Below the pieces are notes generated by a model, which was given only the letters and a program-made list of their open reading frames with translations, was not told where the DNA came from and did no database searches. Shown piece by piece: positions 36,438-48,937 of a stretch of 64,000 bases of DNA; within the stretch, counting starts at the first letter, position 1, and each line of letters begins with the position of its first letter. A program made the translations under genes and the position numbers. This DNA is from Owenia fusiformis (lineage: Eukaryota). The DNA lies in assembly GCA_903813345.2 (NCBI GenBank), contig CAIIXF020000001.1, forward strand, positions 33,418,001-33,482,000, in the 5' to 3' direction.

Positions 36438-39400
36438 TTAGCCGAGTCATCCAGAATAAGCCGAGTCATCTAGAATATGCTGAGTCATCCAGAAAAAGAT
36501 GGATGGATAAAATAGGAAGGTAGGATAGGAGAGAATAGGAAGGAACGATAGGATAGAATAAGAAAGAAGGATAGGATAGAACAGAATATGAAGAAAGGAT
36601 ATGATAGGAGAGGATAGGAAGTATAGGAAGGAAAAGATACGAAGGAAGGATAGAAAGGAAGGATAGGATAGGATAAGATCAGATAGGAAGGATGGATGAA
36701 TTTTTCAACATTTTCTTCTCTACTCTTGACTTTCTATCAGGATACCATCAGATCGATTTTCCGAAATTTCAAAACGCCATCACTTCCGAACCGGTAGTCG
36801 GATCCAAATTTGATTTAAAGATTCGGATTCCTGACAAAATTCTACTCCTAATTCATAACTCATACGTTAAATTTGGCGATTTTTTATTTTGACCTACTTT
36901 TCTGACACCATATCTCAAAAGTGGGTAGAAATACTTTCTGACGGCAAAAGGCTAATACTATTAGCACACTCTTGGCTTCCTGTATACAAAATTTTGAAGC
37001 AAATTATTAAAGTGTAGTGTCAGAATCGTAAAAATAAGGAAAAACTATGAATTTGACCTAGATTTTGACCTAGGCATTTTGGTGTCCAAATTTTAAAGCT
37101 AGACAGCCTTCGAGGTCCCCTTCTTTTATGGGATTTTAGAATATTAAGCTGTACTCAGTCTATATCTGGTATTTTACACTTCAAAAAAATCTTTTTTTTT
37201 CTCATTGACATAACATCGGGCACCAAATTTAGTGATTTTTGAGCTTTCAAAACGCCATAACTTCCGAACCAGTAGTCAGATCGAAATTTGGTTTGTAGAT
37301 TCGAATTCCTGAGAAAATACTACGCTCGTGTCATAACTCATACATTGAATTTTGAGAACTTTTTGTGTTGACCTACTTTCCGGACGCCATTCCTCAAAAT
37401 CGGTAAGAGTAATCAAAAAAAGACAGTGACATTAATGAAAGGGCTGTTTCTAAGCTACGTGATGAAAAAAAGATGAATGAATAATGACGAATAGTGACCA
37501 AGATAATTGAAAAAATGTTAGAAATGTAAGATTTGACCCAGTTCTTGACCTTGGCTTTTCAGTGTCCAAATTTTTTATTAAAGGAGCTTCGGAGGTCCTC
37601 GCCTATTGTAGGCTTTAATTTATTTTATTTGTAACCAGTCTTTATCTCGTATATTTACAATTCATAATTTTCTTGAGCTCCATAGATTTAACAGAGGGAT
37701 ATCATCATATCGATTTTCTTAAACTTTGAAACATCGTAACTTCCGAACCGGTAGTCAGATTGAAATTTGGTTTGCAGAATCGGATTCCTGAGAAAATTCT
37801 ATTCTTAATTCATTACTCATACGTTGAATTTGGAGAACTTTTTATTTTGATATACTTTTTGGTGGGTCAAAATACTTTCTGACGGCAAAAGGCTAACCCT
37901 ATGAACACATTCTTGGCTACATGTAAGGAAAAACTTTGAATTTGACCTAGATTTTGACCTAGGTCCTAGACTGGATTTAGACCTAGACTTGACTTGGACA
38001 TGGACAAACACTGGAATTAGACCTGGACTGGACCTTGACTTGGACCTGGAAATGGACTGGACTGGTATTTTTTCAATTTTTTTTCACTTTTCTTGACATT
38101 CTATAAGGGTACCATCAGCTTGATTTTTCTCGAACTTTCAAAACGTCATTACTCCTGAACCGGAAGTCGGATTTCAATTCGGTTTTCAGATTCGGAATCC
38201 TGAGAAAATTTACTATAAGACTAATATCCTGGACATTTGATTCGGAGAATTTTTTTTTGGACCTCTTTTTCGGACACTGATATCTCGAAATCGGTTTGAG
38301 ATATCAAAAAACTAAATCGATCGAAACCTGGATCGAAAATATTGAAGGACGACTGAGAAAATTGAAAAAAGTGACAAAGTACTGGATTTGACCTAGTTCT
38401 TGACCTTTGACCTAGATAAAAATTTGACCCAATTTCCGAGAAACTAGATACTGTACCTAAATTGACCACATACCGATCTTGACTCAATGTCTTCTAGTTA
38501 ATGAGAAAACGTAGGTAGAAGAATAACTAGATTTTGGAAATTGAACGAGTTCAATTTCAGACTCCAGATCTAGACTTTTTTTAGCCGAGTCATCCAGAAT
38601 AAGCCAAGTCATCCAAAATAAGTTAAGTCATCCAGCAAAAGATGGATGGATGGATGGATGAAAAAGGAAGGAAGGATAGGATAGAATAGGAAGGAACGAT
38701 AGGATAGAATAGGAAAGAAGGATAGAATAGAATAGGAAGAAGGGATAGAATAGGAAGGAGAGGATACGAAGCAAGGGTAGATAGGAAGGATAGGATAGGA
38801 TCAGAAAGGAAGGATGGATGCATTTTTCAATATTTTCTTCTCTACTCTTGACTTTCTATCAGGATACCATCAGATCGATTTTCCTTGAAATTTCAAAACG
38901 CCATAACTTCCGAACTGGAAATCGGATCGAAATTTGATTTGCAGATTCGGATTCCTGAAAATTTTTTATTCCTAATTCATAACTCATACGTTAAATTTGG
39001 CGAATTTTTATTTTGACCTACTTTTCGGACACGCCATAACTTCGGACCCGGAAGTCGGATTGAAATTTGGTTTGCAGATTCGGATTTCTGAGAAAATTCT
39101 ATTCTTAATTCATAACTCAAACGCTAAATTTGGAGAACTTTTTATTTTGACCTACTTTTCGGACACCATATCTCAAAAGTGGGTCAAAGGCTAACGCTAT
39201 AAGCACACTCTTGGCTACATGTATACACAATTTGAAGGAATATAATTAAAGTGTAGTGTCAGAATCGCAAAAATAAGGATAAACTATGAATTTGACCTAG
39301 ATTTTGACCTAGGGATTTTGGTGTCCAAATTTTGAAGTTAGGTAGCCTTCGAGGTTCCCTTCTTTAATAGGCTTTCATTATTATAAGCTGTACTTAGTCT

Positions 39401-40668
39401 ATATCTCGTATTTTACACTTCAAAAAAATCTTTTTTCCCATTGGCATAACATGGGGCACCAAATTCAGCGATTTTTGAGCTTTCAAAATGTCATAACTTC
39501 CGAACCGGAAGTCAGATTGAAATTTAGTTTGCAGATTCGGATTCCTGAGAAAATTCTATACTTAGTTCATAACTCACACGTTAAATTTGAAGATTTTTTT
39601 ATTTTGACCTACTTTTCGGATACCATATCTCAAAAGTGGGGCAAAATACTTTCTGACGGCAAAGGGCTAACACTATTAGCACACTCTTGGCTACATGTAT
39701 ACAAAATTTTGAAGAATATAATTAATCTGTAGTGTCAGAATAGCAAAAATAAGGAAAAACTTGAATTTGACCTAGATTTTGACCTAGGCATTTTGGTGTC
39801 CAAATTTTGAAGCTAGATGGCTTTTGAGGTCCCATTCTTTTAAAAGCTTTCATTATATTTAGCTGAACTCAGTCTATATTTCGTATTTTTCACTTCAAAA
39901 AAATCTTTTTTCCCATTGACTTAACATAGGCACCAAATTTAGCGATTTTTGAGCTTTCAAAACGACATAACTTCCGAACCGGAAGTCTGATTCAAATTTG
40001 GTTTTCAGATTCGGAATTCTGAGAAAATTTCCTATAAGACTAATATCCTGGACATTTGATTCGGAGAACTTTTTTTTGGACCTCGTTTTCGGACACTGAT
40101 ATCTCGAAATCGGTTTGAGATATCAAAAAAATAAATCAACTTAGATTTTCTTCTTTTTTATAAGGAACACAATGAAAAAAAAACGGATCGAAAATATTGA
40201 AGGACGACCGAGAAAATCGAAAAAAGTGGCAAAGTACTGGATTTGACCTAGTTCTTGACCTTTGACCTAGATAAAAAATTGACCCAATTTCCGAGGAACT
40301 AGATTCTGGACCTAAATTGACCAAATGACTGACTTTACTGTAAACCTTATGGTTATTGAGAAAACTGGTTTAGAATAATAAGAATAATAAGAAGAATAAG
40401 AAAACTGACGAAAACAATAGACTCCAGATTTCATCTGGAGTCTAATAAGAAGAATAAGAAAACTGACGAAAACAATAGACTCCAGATTTCATCTGGAGTC
40501 TAATAAGAATAAAAAGAAGAATACTGGCAAAAACAATAGACTCCAGATTGACATCTGGAGTCTAATAAGAAAACTGGCAAAAGCAATAGACTCCAGATTG
40601 AAATCTGGAGTCTAATAATAAGACTGGCAAAAACAATAGACTCCAGATTGACATCTGGAGTCTAATAA
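36438..40668 (-). mobile_element. Two nested or tandem HINE family E elements with stacked heads
   Basis: Paralogous blocks 36438-38524 and 38525-40400, each with (GGATA/GGAA)n and long internal repeats; 3' end with AGACTCCAGAT, GAAATTGAAC/GTTCAATTTC hairpin and CTAGTT (minus) at 38525-38572. Confidence 0.75.
40400..40668 (-). repeat. Five tandem hairpin-containing HINE-E 5' termini
   Basis: Five copies of TAGACTCCAGAT-loop-ATCTGGAGTCTA separated by AAG/AAT-rich linkers. Confidence 0.85.
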
Positions 40669-40772
40669 TAAAACATGGATGCCAGTTGTTTATTTCTCTG
40701 GTAAGTTGTATCCAGATCAGCTTTCAATCCTTTATGTTCTTTTTCCATACATCTCAGTTTTTCATCTAAGTT

Positions 40773-43171
40773 CACTGCTACTCACCTAGTTACACAGACG
40801 TATCATCAGTGTATCATGGCGGAACTACTTCCGGGACTAGGTTTCGGTAAGATTCTTTTATTTCCCGATATACACCTACTTATAAGTCACGTTGTGGATA
40901 ATAATTTGGCTAGAAGTAAAGGAAGATAGTCTAGTTTGAGAATGTGTCGATGGTTTTAGGTTTTATATGTTAACGAAAACACAATTCACGTATTTAGTCC
41001 CTCGCTTTTCTTACACTGACGAACGACCAATATCACACTGACGAATCTTTGATTTGGAGCTGTTGCAACACTGACGAACCATTTTAACATTTGTGTATAC
41101 GAGGTAACAATTTTGTATGTATGGTTAAACTATATCAGAGAGTCATGGATCTCCCAAATACAAATGCTAGTATTGTAATAGGGGAGAGGGAAGCGCCATA
41201 AAGATGTTATTACGCATACAATACAATATCATGAGGCAGAGCCGCTAATTGTGATACTCTATGTTAATGATTTGCCATTTGTAAAACATAGCTATGTGCT
41301 ATACAGAAAAATATTTCTTTATGTAGTTATACACTATTACAGAAAATAATCATATAAATTATATAAGGGATAAATATTCAAATGTAAATATGCATGTTTA
41401 AAACATCATAGAGCAACATTAAGTGCTTTTTTATTTGCCATGGACATAAATCAAAATGGCTATACGTTTTTTACGTGTATATGTTATGAAGTGTAAGTAG
41501 CGTCATACCCTCCAAAATGTCACTAGTTATCGAGACTACGTGAATTATAGTGTGTCACGAGTCTTCAAATGTCTCTGTAGCGACCCTTTATAAGAGAAGG
41601 GAGTGTGACATATTGGACATAGAAATTGTTTATTATTGTCCACGGCATCCATGTGCCTCTTCAAGTTGGAGAGCAGGATAACTTTATCACATTTAACAAA
41701 CTTAGACGAGCCAAGGTGTTTGTGGGCTCTGTGGTCTTCTTACGATGATTTTAGAGTGAATGCAGCCACACACTCTTTGCACTTGTATTCTTTGACCTTC
41801 AAAATAAGAAATATTAATGGTAAAGATAATGTAACCAAAGATAATGTAACCAAACATAGGCATAACAAATATATTTACAATGAATCAAATATTTTTGAAG
41901 TCATATTCTAGATATTTTTATGTGTGGTATTACTAAACAATCATTTAAACTATGGTTCTCCATTTCTGAATTTCATTTCATCATCATCAATGCAATCACT
42001 CTATGGATTTTTCTGATAATAAAAACTATCACATTTCCAAAGAAAATATGGGAATGCATTTTGTTTTGTATAGTTGCTAGGTGAGGAGCTGTAATTGATG
42101 TTTTTCAAATACTTGACCCTCGCAAAAAGTTTCAGTAGAAATATGTTATTTTAGTGATTTTGTATGTTTTAGGTGACTTTGTAGAAAATATTTTGCAATG
42201 TGTGAAAATAATTTAAGCCCAAGAATCAATGCATTGTGGAATGACAATTCCTTTTCAAGCGTTGTGTCCTAAAATTGACATTTGATGCAAGCATCTCGAG
42301 CAAATTTTGGAAAGCAACGTCCTTCAAGAAATGGTCATTCATCAATGCACTGAGTCTGAGGCTAAATCCTTAAACAGCAACAAGAAACTTACCCCACTAG
42401 TGTCCGCCATCGCAGTAGAAGTAGATGGCTCTTGGTCAACTTCCATAAGAGCCAGTCAAAACACATGTGATGATAGTTGTAGCAAAATAATGTAAATAAA
42501 CTGCGCACTCCCAATAGCGCTATCACATCAACCGCATGTTATATACTACGAGTAAATTGGGACTCCAATTTATTATTAATTGAGAATATGATGCCTGTTT
42601 TGTTTAAATATTTCGAGATGTTATGTACAAATCATAATTACATAAGAATAATTGAAAGGATTTGATTCAATATCTCAGCTTCAGCTTCATATACCTCCCC
42701 CTGGGCACCTGCCAGAAATCTCCGAGATTTGATAGAAAGCTACCTCCATAGGCCCGGGAACATGTATAAAAATATCGAGGCGATTTTTTAAATGTTACCG
42801 GTTGTATGGCTGTGTCCTATGTTCATGACATTCCACAGATCAACTTTCTCTATAATATTATCCATTCGTCAGTGTAAGCAAACCTCTTCGTCAGTGTAAT
42901 ATTGGCAATATTAATGTCGATCGTAAGTGTTAACAAAAGCGAGGGACTAAATATGTGAAATGCGTCTTCGTTAACATACCAAACCTAAAACCATCAACAC
43001 ATTCTCAAACTAGACTATCTCCCATAACTTCGAGCCAAATTATAATCCACATCGTGACTTATAAGTAGATGTAAATCAAGAAATAAAAATATCTTACCGA
43101 ATTCAAATTCCTGAAGTAGTTCGGCCATGATACACTGACGATACATCTGTGTAACTAGGTGGGTAGCAGTG
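40773..43171. mobile_element. Transib-like element with ~300-bp TIRs carrying a zinc-finger pseudogene
   Basis: CACTGCTAC(T/C)CACCTAGTTACACAGA TIRs; 5-bp TSD AAGTT (40768-40772, 43172-43176); repeated ACACTGACGAA subterminal motif. Confidence 0.85.
41545..41796 (-). pseudogene. C2H2 zinc-finger terminal exon, three fingers, decayed
   Basis: VKEYKCKECVAAFTLKSS*EDHRAHKHLGSSKFVKCDKVILLSNLKRHMDAVDNNKQFLCPICHTPFSYKGSLQRHLKTRDTL*; preceded by a pyrimidine tract and AG. Confidence 0.8.
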
Positions 43172-43177
43172 AAGTTG

Positions 43178-43260
43178 GGCTTTGTATAAAAAACCTCCTA
43201 CCTCATACCCACCTACGTGGAACATGATACAGTCATTGAAGGGTTCAATTTTAAAGATTA
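43178..43260 (+). mobile_element. Solo, diverged terminus of the 10334 MULE family
   Basis: GGCTTTGTATAAAAAACCTCCTACC identical to 10334; no partner end seen. Confidence 0.65.
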
Positions 43261-44129
43261 TGAAAGCTCAATATGATTTGTGCCTTTGAAACTCCTTAGT
43301 GGCCACTCAAACGCTTAAATTGGAAATTCTGATATATCTGTAATGTATGACTTTTTATATCTGCCAATTTAATCAAGGGTAGAGTAGATGGTAAATATAG
43401 TGACATACATTTATGAATATAGCGTTCATTTGGATTTGCTACTCCGTGCTGGCTTCTAATTTTTTTCTTCTTTACATTAACATGCATATTGCACATTTCA
43501 ATCATTGCATATTGTTTAATCCCATACAAAGTTAAATTTTAAACCAAAAAAGCTTGCCGAGATAATAAGTTTAACATAAACTTGTAACAAGGAGGTACTT
43601 TGACCTTTTGGCTGATCACAAAAAAAAGTACAAGGTAGGCCGAAATTTCTGTAACATTCTTGATAATGCACTGATTTCAAAACGTTTGACATGAGAATTT
43701 TGTCCCATATATTAGAATCAGTCTGATCCAACCTGACAGAGATCCTCCACAAATATTCTGTGCAATATTGGAACATTGAGACCAATAAGTAAGAAATTCT
43801 GGCTGAATTATTATTGAGTCAAATGTTCAAATTTAGGTCAGACAGATTAGTGAAATACTCACTGCGTTCTAAAGAACATAAAAAACATAATTAAACATGT
43901 GTGTGCAGGTGCCACCAGGAAATTACCTAAAATGGTTATAAAACACAGCAAGAAAAGGAAAACATCTAAAAGCACACCAGTCATAAGGAAAACAAATCCC
44001 TACTATCCCAAATCATAATCAATCATGAATAGAAACAGTGTCCAATTGTATTGTATTTTGTTTACCACCAATGAAGGTGAGCAATACCTCTTGGGTATGT
44101 CCCATTTATATACAGTCGAAATTTACGTA

Positions 44130-44365
44130 ATTAACATGGAAGATAGACCGAGAAACCCCTCCTTGAAGGAGCCCTGTGTTCTTTTATGTGCACTTATACA
44201 TAGACATACAAGTACACACCACAGCCTTTTGTACGAGTTGCGGACCACTCAGTCAAACACCCTGAAGTACTTCACGCAAACAAGCAAATTTAGTCTTGCC
44301 TGAACCGGGGATCGAATCCGGGACCTATTGCGTAAGAGGTAACTCCGCTACCGCTGAGCCCACTA
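44130..44365 (-). mobile_element. tRNA-derived SINE
   Basis: A-box-like GGCTCAGCGG, B box GATTCGATCCC, body containing GTGCACATAAAAGAAC (reminiscent of Meta/MESC-type SINE cores, unverified). Confidence 0.65.
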
Positions 44366-45394
44366 CAAACCACCAGAACACAACCAGGCATGACCTGTTA
44401 CATAACCAATAAACACAACCAAACAAATACACCCATCAAACAATCATATCAGGCGCAACATGAGATACCTACATATGCAACCAACTTTTGCCAACCAGAA
44501 ACAACACTGACCACACAACACAATCGGGCGCAACTCGATACCCTACCAAAGTGGGTGCAATGTGCTACCCAATACATACAAAGAACACATTCGAAAAACT
44601 AACTTTCTAAACTATGAACTCTTACCTTGAGACATAATCAGTGTTTGCCTTTAAACCATTATGCCCTCCCCCAACCCTTCCCTGGCTGCTGATGAACATA
44701 TCATGGACTACCACCCATGAGTACGAAACAGCTTGTGCTCTTATAATAACAAACATATAAAAGAGAAGGTTCACTACTGAACAGGATATCCAGCCTTTCT
44801 CTTCAAAAATGAAAATAGGAGATGACACCACAAATGTCATCATCCTAGGATCAACTAAATATACTCTAACTGTCACATAATCACTGACAGTGGTTAGGCA
44901 CTAGACTATGTCTCCCAGTTCCCCCAAACGAGACCACTCACCATTTGACACAAATTGCATGACTTGGTGCATGTTCATAATGAGTGATGTCTCGAAACAT
45001 GGTCTAAGTCACCATTCCCAAAACTATACTATTATCTTTGTGGTATCAATGCTGAAAAATGTATCAAGTGTCAATATGATGAATATTTCGTGTTTCCTGT
45101 ATCTCAGAACTGAAACTGTTATATGAATTGCAGGACTTTTGCAATTTGATAGACATGAGACAAGAAATGTCCCGCCACAAGAGACTAAAGTGTGCAGCAT
45201 AAAGTTTTATGAATTAAAAGACATATACATTGATTTTCTTCAAGTACATATAGTGGGTATTTAGTGGAATTTTTATGAGAAACATGGCTATTTTAAGCTG
45301 TTGCTAGGTCGTTTCTAGGCAAATTTAACCTTTATTTCAAGCTATTGCAAGGTAGTTGCTAGGCAAAATTGTCAGACATAACTGCATCAATAAT

Positions 45395-46649
45395 CACGAT
45401 GCCCATGTCAAGCTGCGCGCCTACTAGGCACGCAGTTTGAAACTCTGACAAACTGCACGCATATTTCAAAATGTAAGACGGGGAGGACACGACTCCTAAA
45501 AAAAGCCAGAATACGACAAATACAAGGTTAGTCTCGTTCTAAATATAGTACCATTCTGTGAAGATGAACTTAATTTACTCATAGTACTCAATGTTGTTCC
45601 CGATGTAAACCTAGTTATCTCAATATAAGGGTCTTAAGTAACTTCTGTGTTCAAAATTTACAGTGTAAAGTTATATCTATGTCTTTTCCTCGTCATTTGC
45701 CGTTTATTCAGCCATTGTGTATGTGTATGCTAGGATATATAGGATCACTCCATCTGATTAAAGCAGCATAGTCTGTGTTCAAAACGATAATACGCCATAA
45801 ACGTGATTTAAACATATTTCTTGTCAAACTGGGCGCCTATATTACATGTATTTCCCAAACGGCGTGCCTAATATTTCCAAACTGCTTGCCTATCCAAGCT
45901 TGTTTTGTATTATTAGAAAACATATGCGCCATATGTTAGCCACATATCAATCTAACAGTAGAACCCCATAATTGAAATACTATGTGAGTTCATCCACCAA
46001 GATGATGATCTGGAAATAAAAGTTTTTTCGTTCCCAACTTAATTGTTACTTCTATTATACATTTTGACTTTCAATATGAAAATCTCATAAAATCTGACGA
46101 TAGCGAAATGTCCAAAGCTATATGAAAAACACCTACACACCTGCCTCTGTAGAAATTCCAATGATAATATGTACTGTTGATAGTATGTGAGCAGTTTGTA
46201 ATTTCCTGGCTAAAATAGGCACGCAGTTTGTGCTTTATTTCCGTTTAATCTCCCGATTATCTGTTTTATCTCGAAATATTTTGAATTATACATGATAAAT
46301 ACGTAAGGAATTAAATATAGAATGAGTCTGAAGTATTTATCATTTATGTTTAAAGTGCTAGATCAATTTACGTATAAATTCCTGTTAAATCAGTGACGAA
46401 AATGCCATTAATTTGCTTATGTTTTAAAACCTAGGTCCATTTGTAAATTGTTTTTGCTAGTATTTGCAAGATTTGTATATTCGCCACAGAATGAACGCAT
46501 TAAACAAGAAAACAATGCAGGATAAATGTCTTAAAATTACGTTTCAAAATTCAGACTCCAACTTGAATGATGCAATGTTGTTAGGCACACAGTTTGTGAT
46601 CGAAACAAACTGCGCGCCTAAAGGCGCGCAGCTTGACATGGGCACCGTG
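45395..46649. mobile_element. Transib-like non-autonomous element
   Basis: CACG(A/G)TGCCCATGTCAAGCTGCGCGCC TIRs; 5-bp TSD ATAAT; repeated AAACTGCGCGCCTA motif. Confidence 0.8.
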
Positions 46650-46862
46650 ATAATGCTTACTGGTAAAAACTGTTACTACCGGTATATGTTAAATAATGTG
46701 GATGGGATCCAAAAGCATACCAGAAATATTGTGTGCAAATGGCAAAATGGGCATTGTAACCTGTTGCCGTGTTATTGCTATGCAACATGGTGATGTCACT
46801 TCTGTAAATATGTTAGAATTGTTGTGTTTTAGGATAAGAAAACTTTTTGTAGTGGTCTTATA

Positions 46863-47416
46863 CAGCGCTTGCATTAGGTTAGAAAATTTGTGAGTCCCAA
46901 GGACGCAATTTTTTTAAAAAAGTGTGTCCCCTATTTCTAGCCTGTAGGTATAACTTTATTTTAAAAGCATTTTTTACCATTTAACACCTTTCAGCTTTTG
47001 ATTTCTTGCCGCGAATTTAAAACGGAAGTAAACGTTAAGTACGGACTGAATAAATGCATGTCCGTTCATTCAGCAATGAATACATTTTATTTCATGAATA
47101 ACATAATATTTGTTTCTGAATAGGAAAAACTGTGGCGTGTCATGGTTTCAAATCTATAAATAAACAAAGTCGAAAAAATTCGAGAGAATCATGATTATTT
47201 GTAAATATTCAACATGTTACAATATTATTTATTTACGATTCAAATAAAGGTGAGAGATCATAATTATTTGTTTTTGTTAGGTATCGTTGTAAACACATTG
47301 TAGTATTGACCTAAAAAAATTTTGCGTCCAAAAAACGGAAATATTTTCAATTTTTGCATCCTCCAAATTATTTTTGAGTCCTTAACATGTACGGGACGCT
47401 GTTAATGCAAGCCCTG
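46863..47416. mobile_element. hAT- or P-like MITE, 7-bp TSD
   Basis: CAG(C/G)GCTTGCATTA TIRs; TCTTATA duplicated. Confidence 0.7.
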
Positions 47417-47675
47417 TCTTATATCATCCTAGCATATATTAAGTGAATTTATATTGTAAAAATAAGTGCTATGTGGTTGCTAGGCAAATATATGATATCA
47501 CAAACAATCAAACCAAGAGCTTATTCAATACCCGGGGCTTAGTTGTGTACCAAATGAAACGAGAAACGACACGATATCCGGGGCATCATTATTAGCTACA
47601 TAATTGATTAACTTAAATATATGACATGTAAAAAAGGGTTGATACGAACAGAATAAACAGGGAAATGTAATTTAA

Positions 47676-48937
47676 AGGGACCCAACACCATGGTCACATG
47701 ATCAGTCGTGTGGAGGTAAGCTCCCAGTTGAAATAAAAGCACTGTCCTCCTTTGGTTTCTGTGAAAAGTAGCTAATACCCTCATGTATTGGTCAGTTTGT
47801 GTGTCACACGACTAATCCATACCATATGCTTCATTCAACATATTTTGTGCTATTGAGCTGCATATATAAACAGTACTTTGCAACTAAGGTCATACAGTAT
47901 ACTTACCCCTTGCAAATTGTAATTTATTGAATTCACAGTAAACCCATCAATTTTTAAGAAAACAAAGAATATTGTTCTCATGGATCTATTATTTATGTTA
48001 GACTAACTATGAAAATATAGATATGAAATAATATGTTAGCTTGAAGTCATATATAAGATAAAAATATATGTTCATGCATTTGCATTTTTCCAAAGGGAAT
48101 ATTCCCATGTAAGTAAATACAGGTGCAATATATAATTTATATGTATATCTATGTCATCTGTCTATACATGCGCGTATAGCCTAGTGTTACATGTGAACAA
48201 GATGGTTCTGGAAAGAAATGAGCGTGGCAGATTTGCTAAAAAGCCACATACACCACAAAAGCAAGACCAATTTGAAAGTAAGTTCATTATTCTCAAGGGT
48301 ACACTTCAAGCGAAAGCTACATTGCTACAGGGTGGCCTATCATTCTGAGACAAATGTATTATCCAACGATTGTGATTTTCGAAGCTAAAATGTGATATCT
48401 TGAGCAGATGGAAATACATTCCCATGAGATATGTATATATAGTCAAAAGTGATAACTATTTATTGAGTGTAATGAAATGTATCCTTCGCTAACTCCTTTT
48501 GTTTGAGATAATTATCATGAAATATTTTTAGATTAATTTTTATGTGTGTCATTGATCCTAATCCACCCTGTAGTCTGGTGTTTGTAGAGCATTGCGACCC
48601 GTACAACTTATTCTCACAAATATCAAACCTCATTTACTAATTAATTTTTTGTGTGAATATGAAGAGTCCAAGCATTGCTTTTTTATGTTTATTGTATAGC
48701 TATATTTAGCCTTGATATCCATGATTTTTTAAAACAAAATCTCACCGTTAGATTTCGAGCTATTCATGTTTACTCATTTGTCTAATTGGAAAACAATGCA
48801 AATCTCATTTTTTCAAAAGAAAAAAATTGAAATTCTAAGACGGTGAAAAATCATTAAAAAATACACCGATTCAGAATCCGGCAAGCATTTTCCCTTATTC
48901 CTCTCCGTTAAGAAGTTTTGTAAGGTGTTGGGTCCCT
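47676..48937. mobile_element. Kolobok-like non-autonomous element
   Basis: AGGGACCCAACACC / GGTGTTGGGTCCCT; TTAA TSD. Confidence 0.8.

Noticed and set aside
40400..40668. CRISPR-like array of palindromic repeats
   Set aside because: The linkers are similar low-complexity sequences rather than unique spacers, there are no cas genes, the context is eukaryotic, and the repeat matches the HINE-E subterminal repeat at 38560.
42307..42495. Plus-strand ORF as a Transib transposase remnant
   Set aside because: No recognisable RAG1/Transib motif; it overlaps a better minus-strand exon candidate.
45395..46649. True RSS (12/23) or ProtoRAG element
   Set aside because: Only a heptamer-like end is present; no nonamer and no RAG1L or RAG2L coding remnants were seen.
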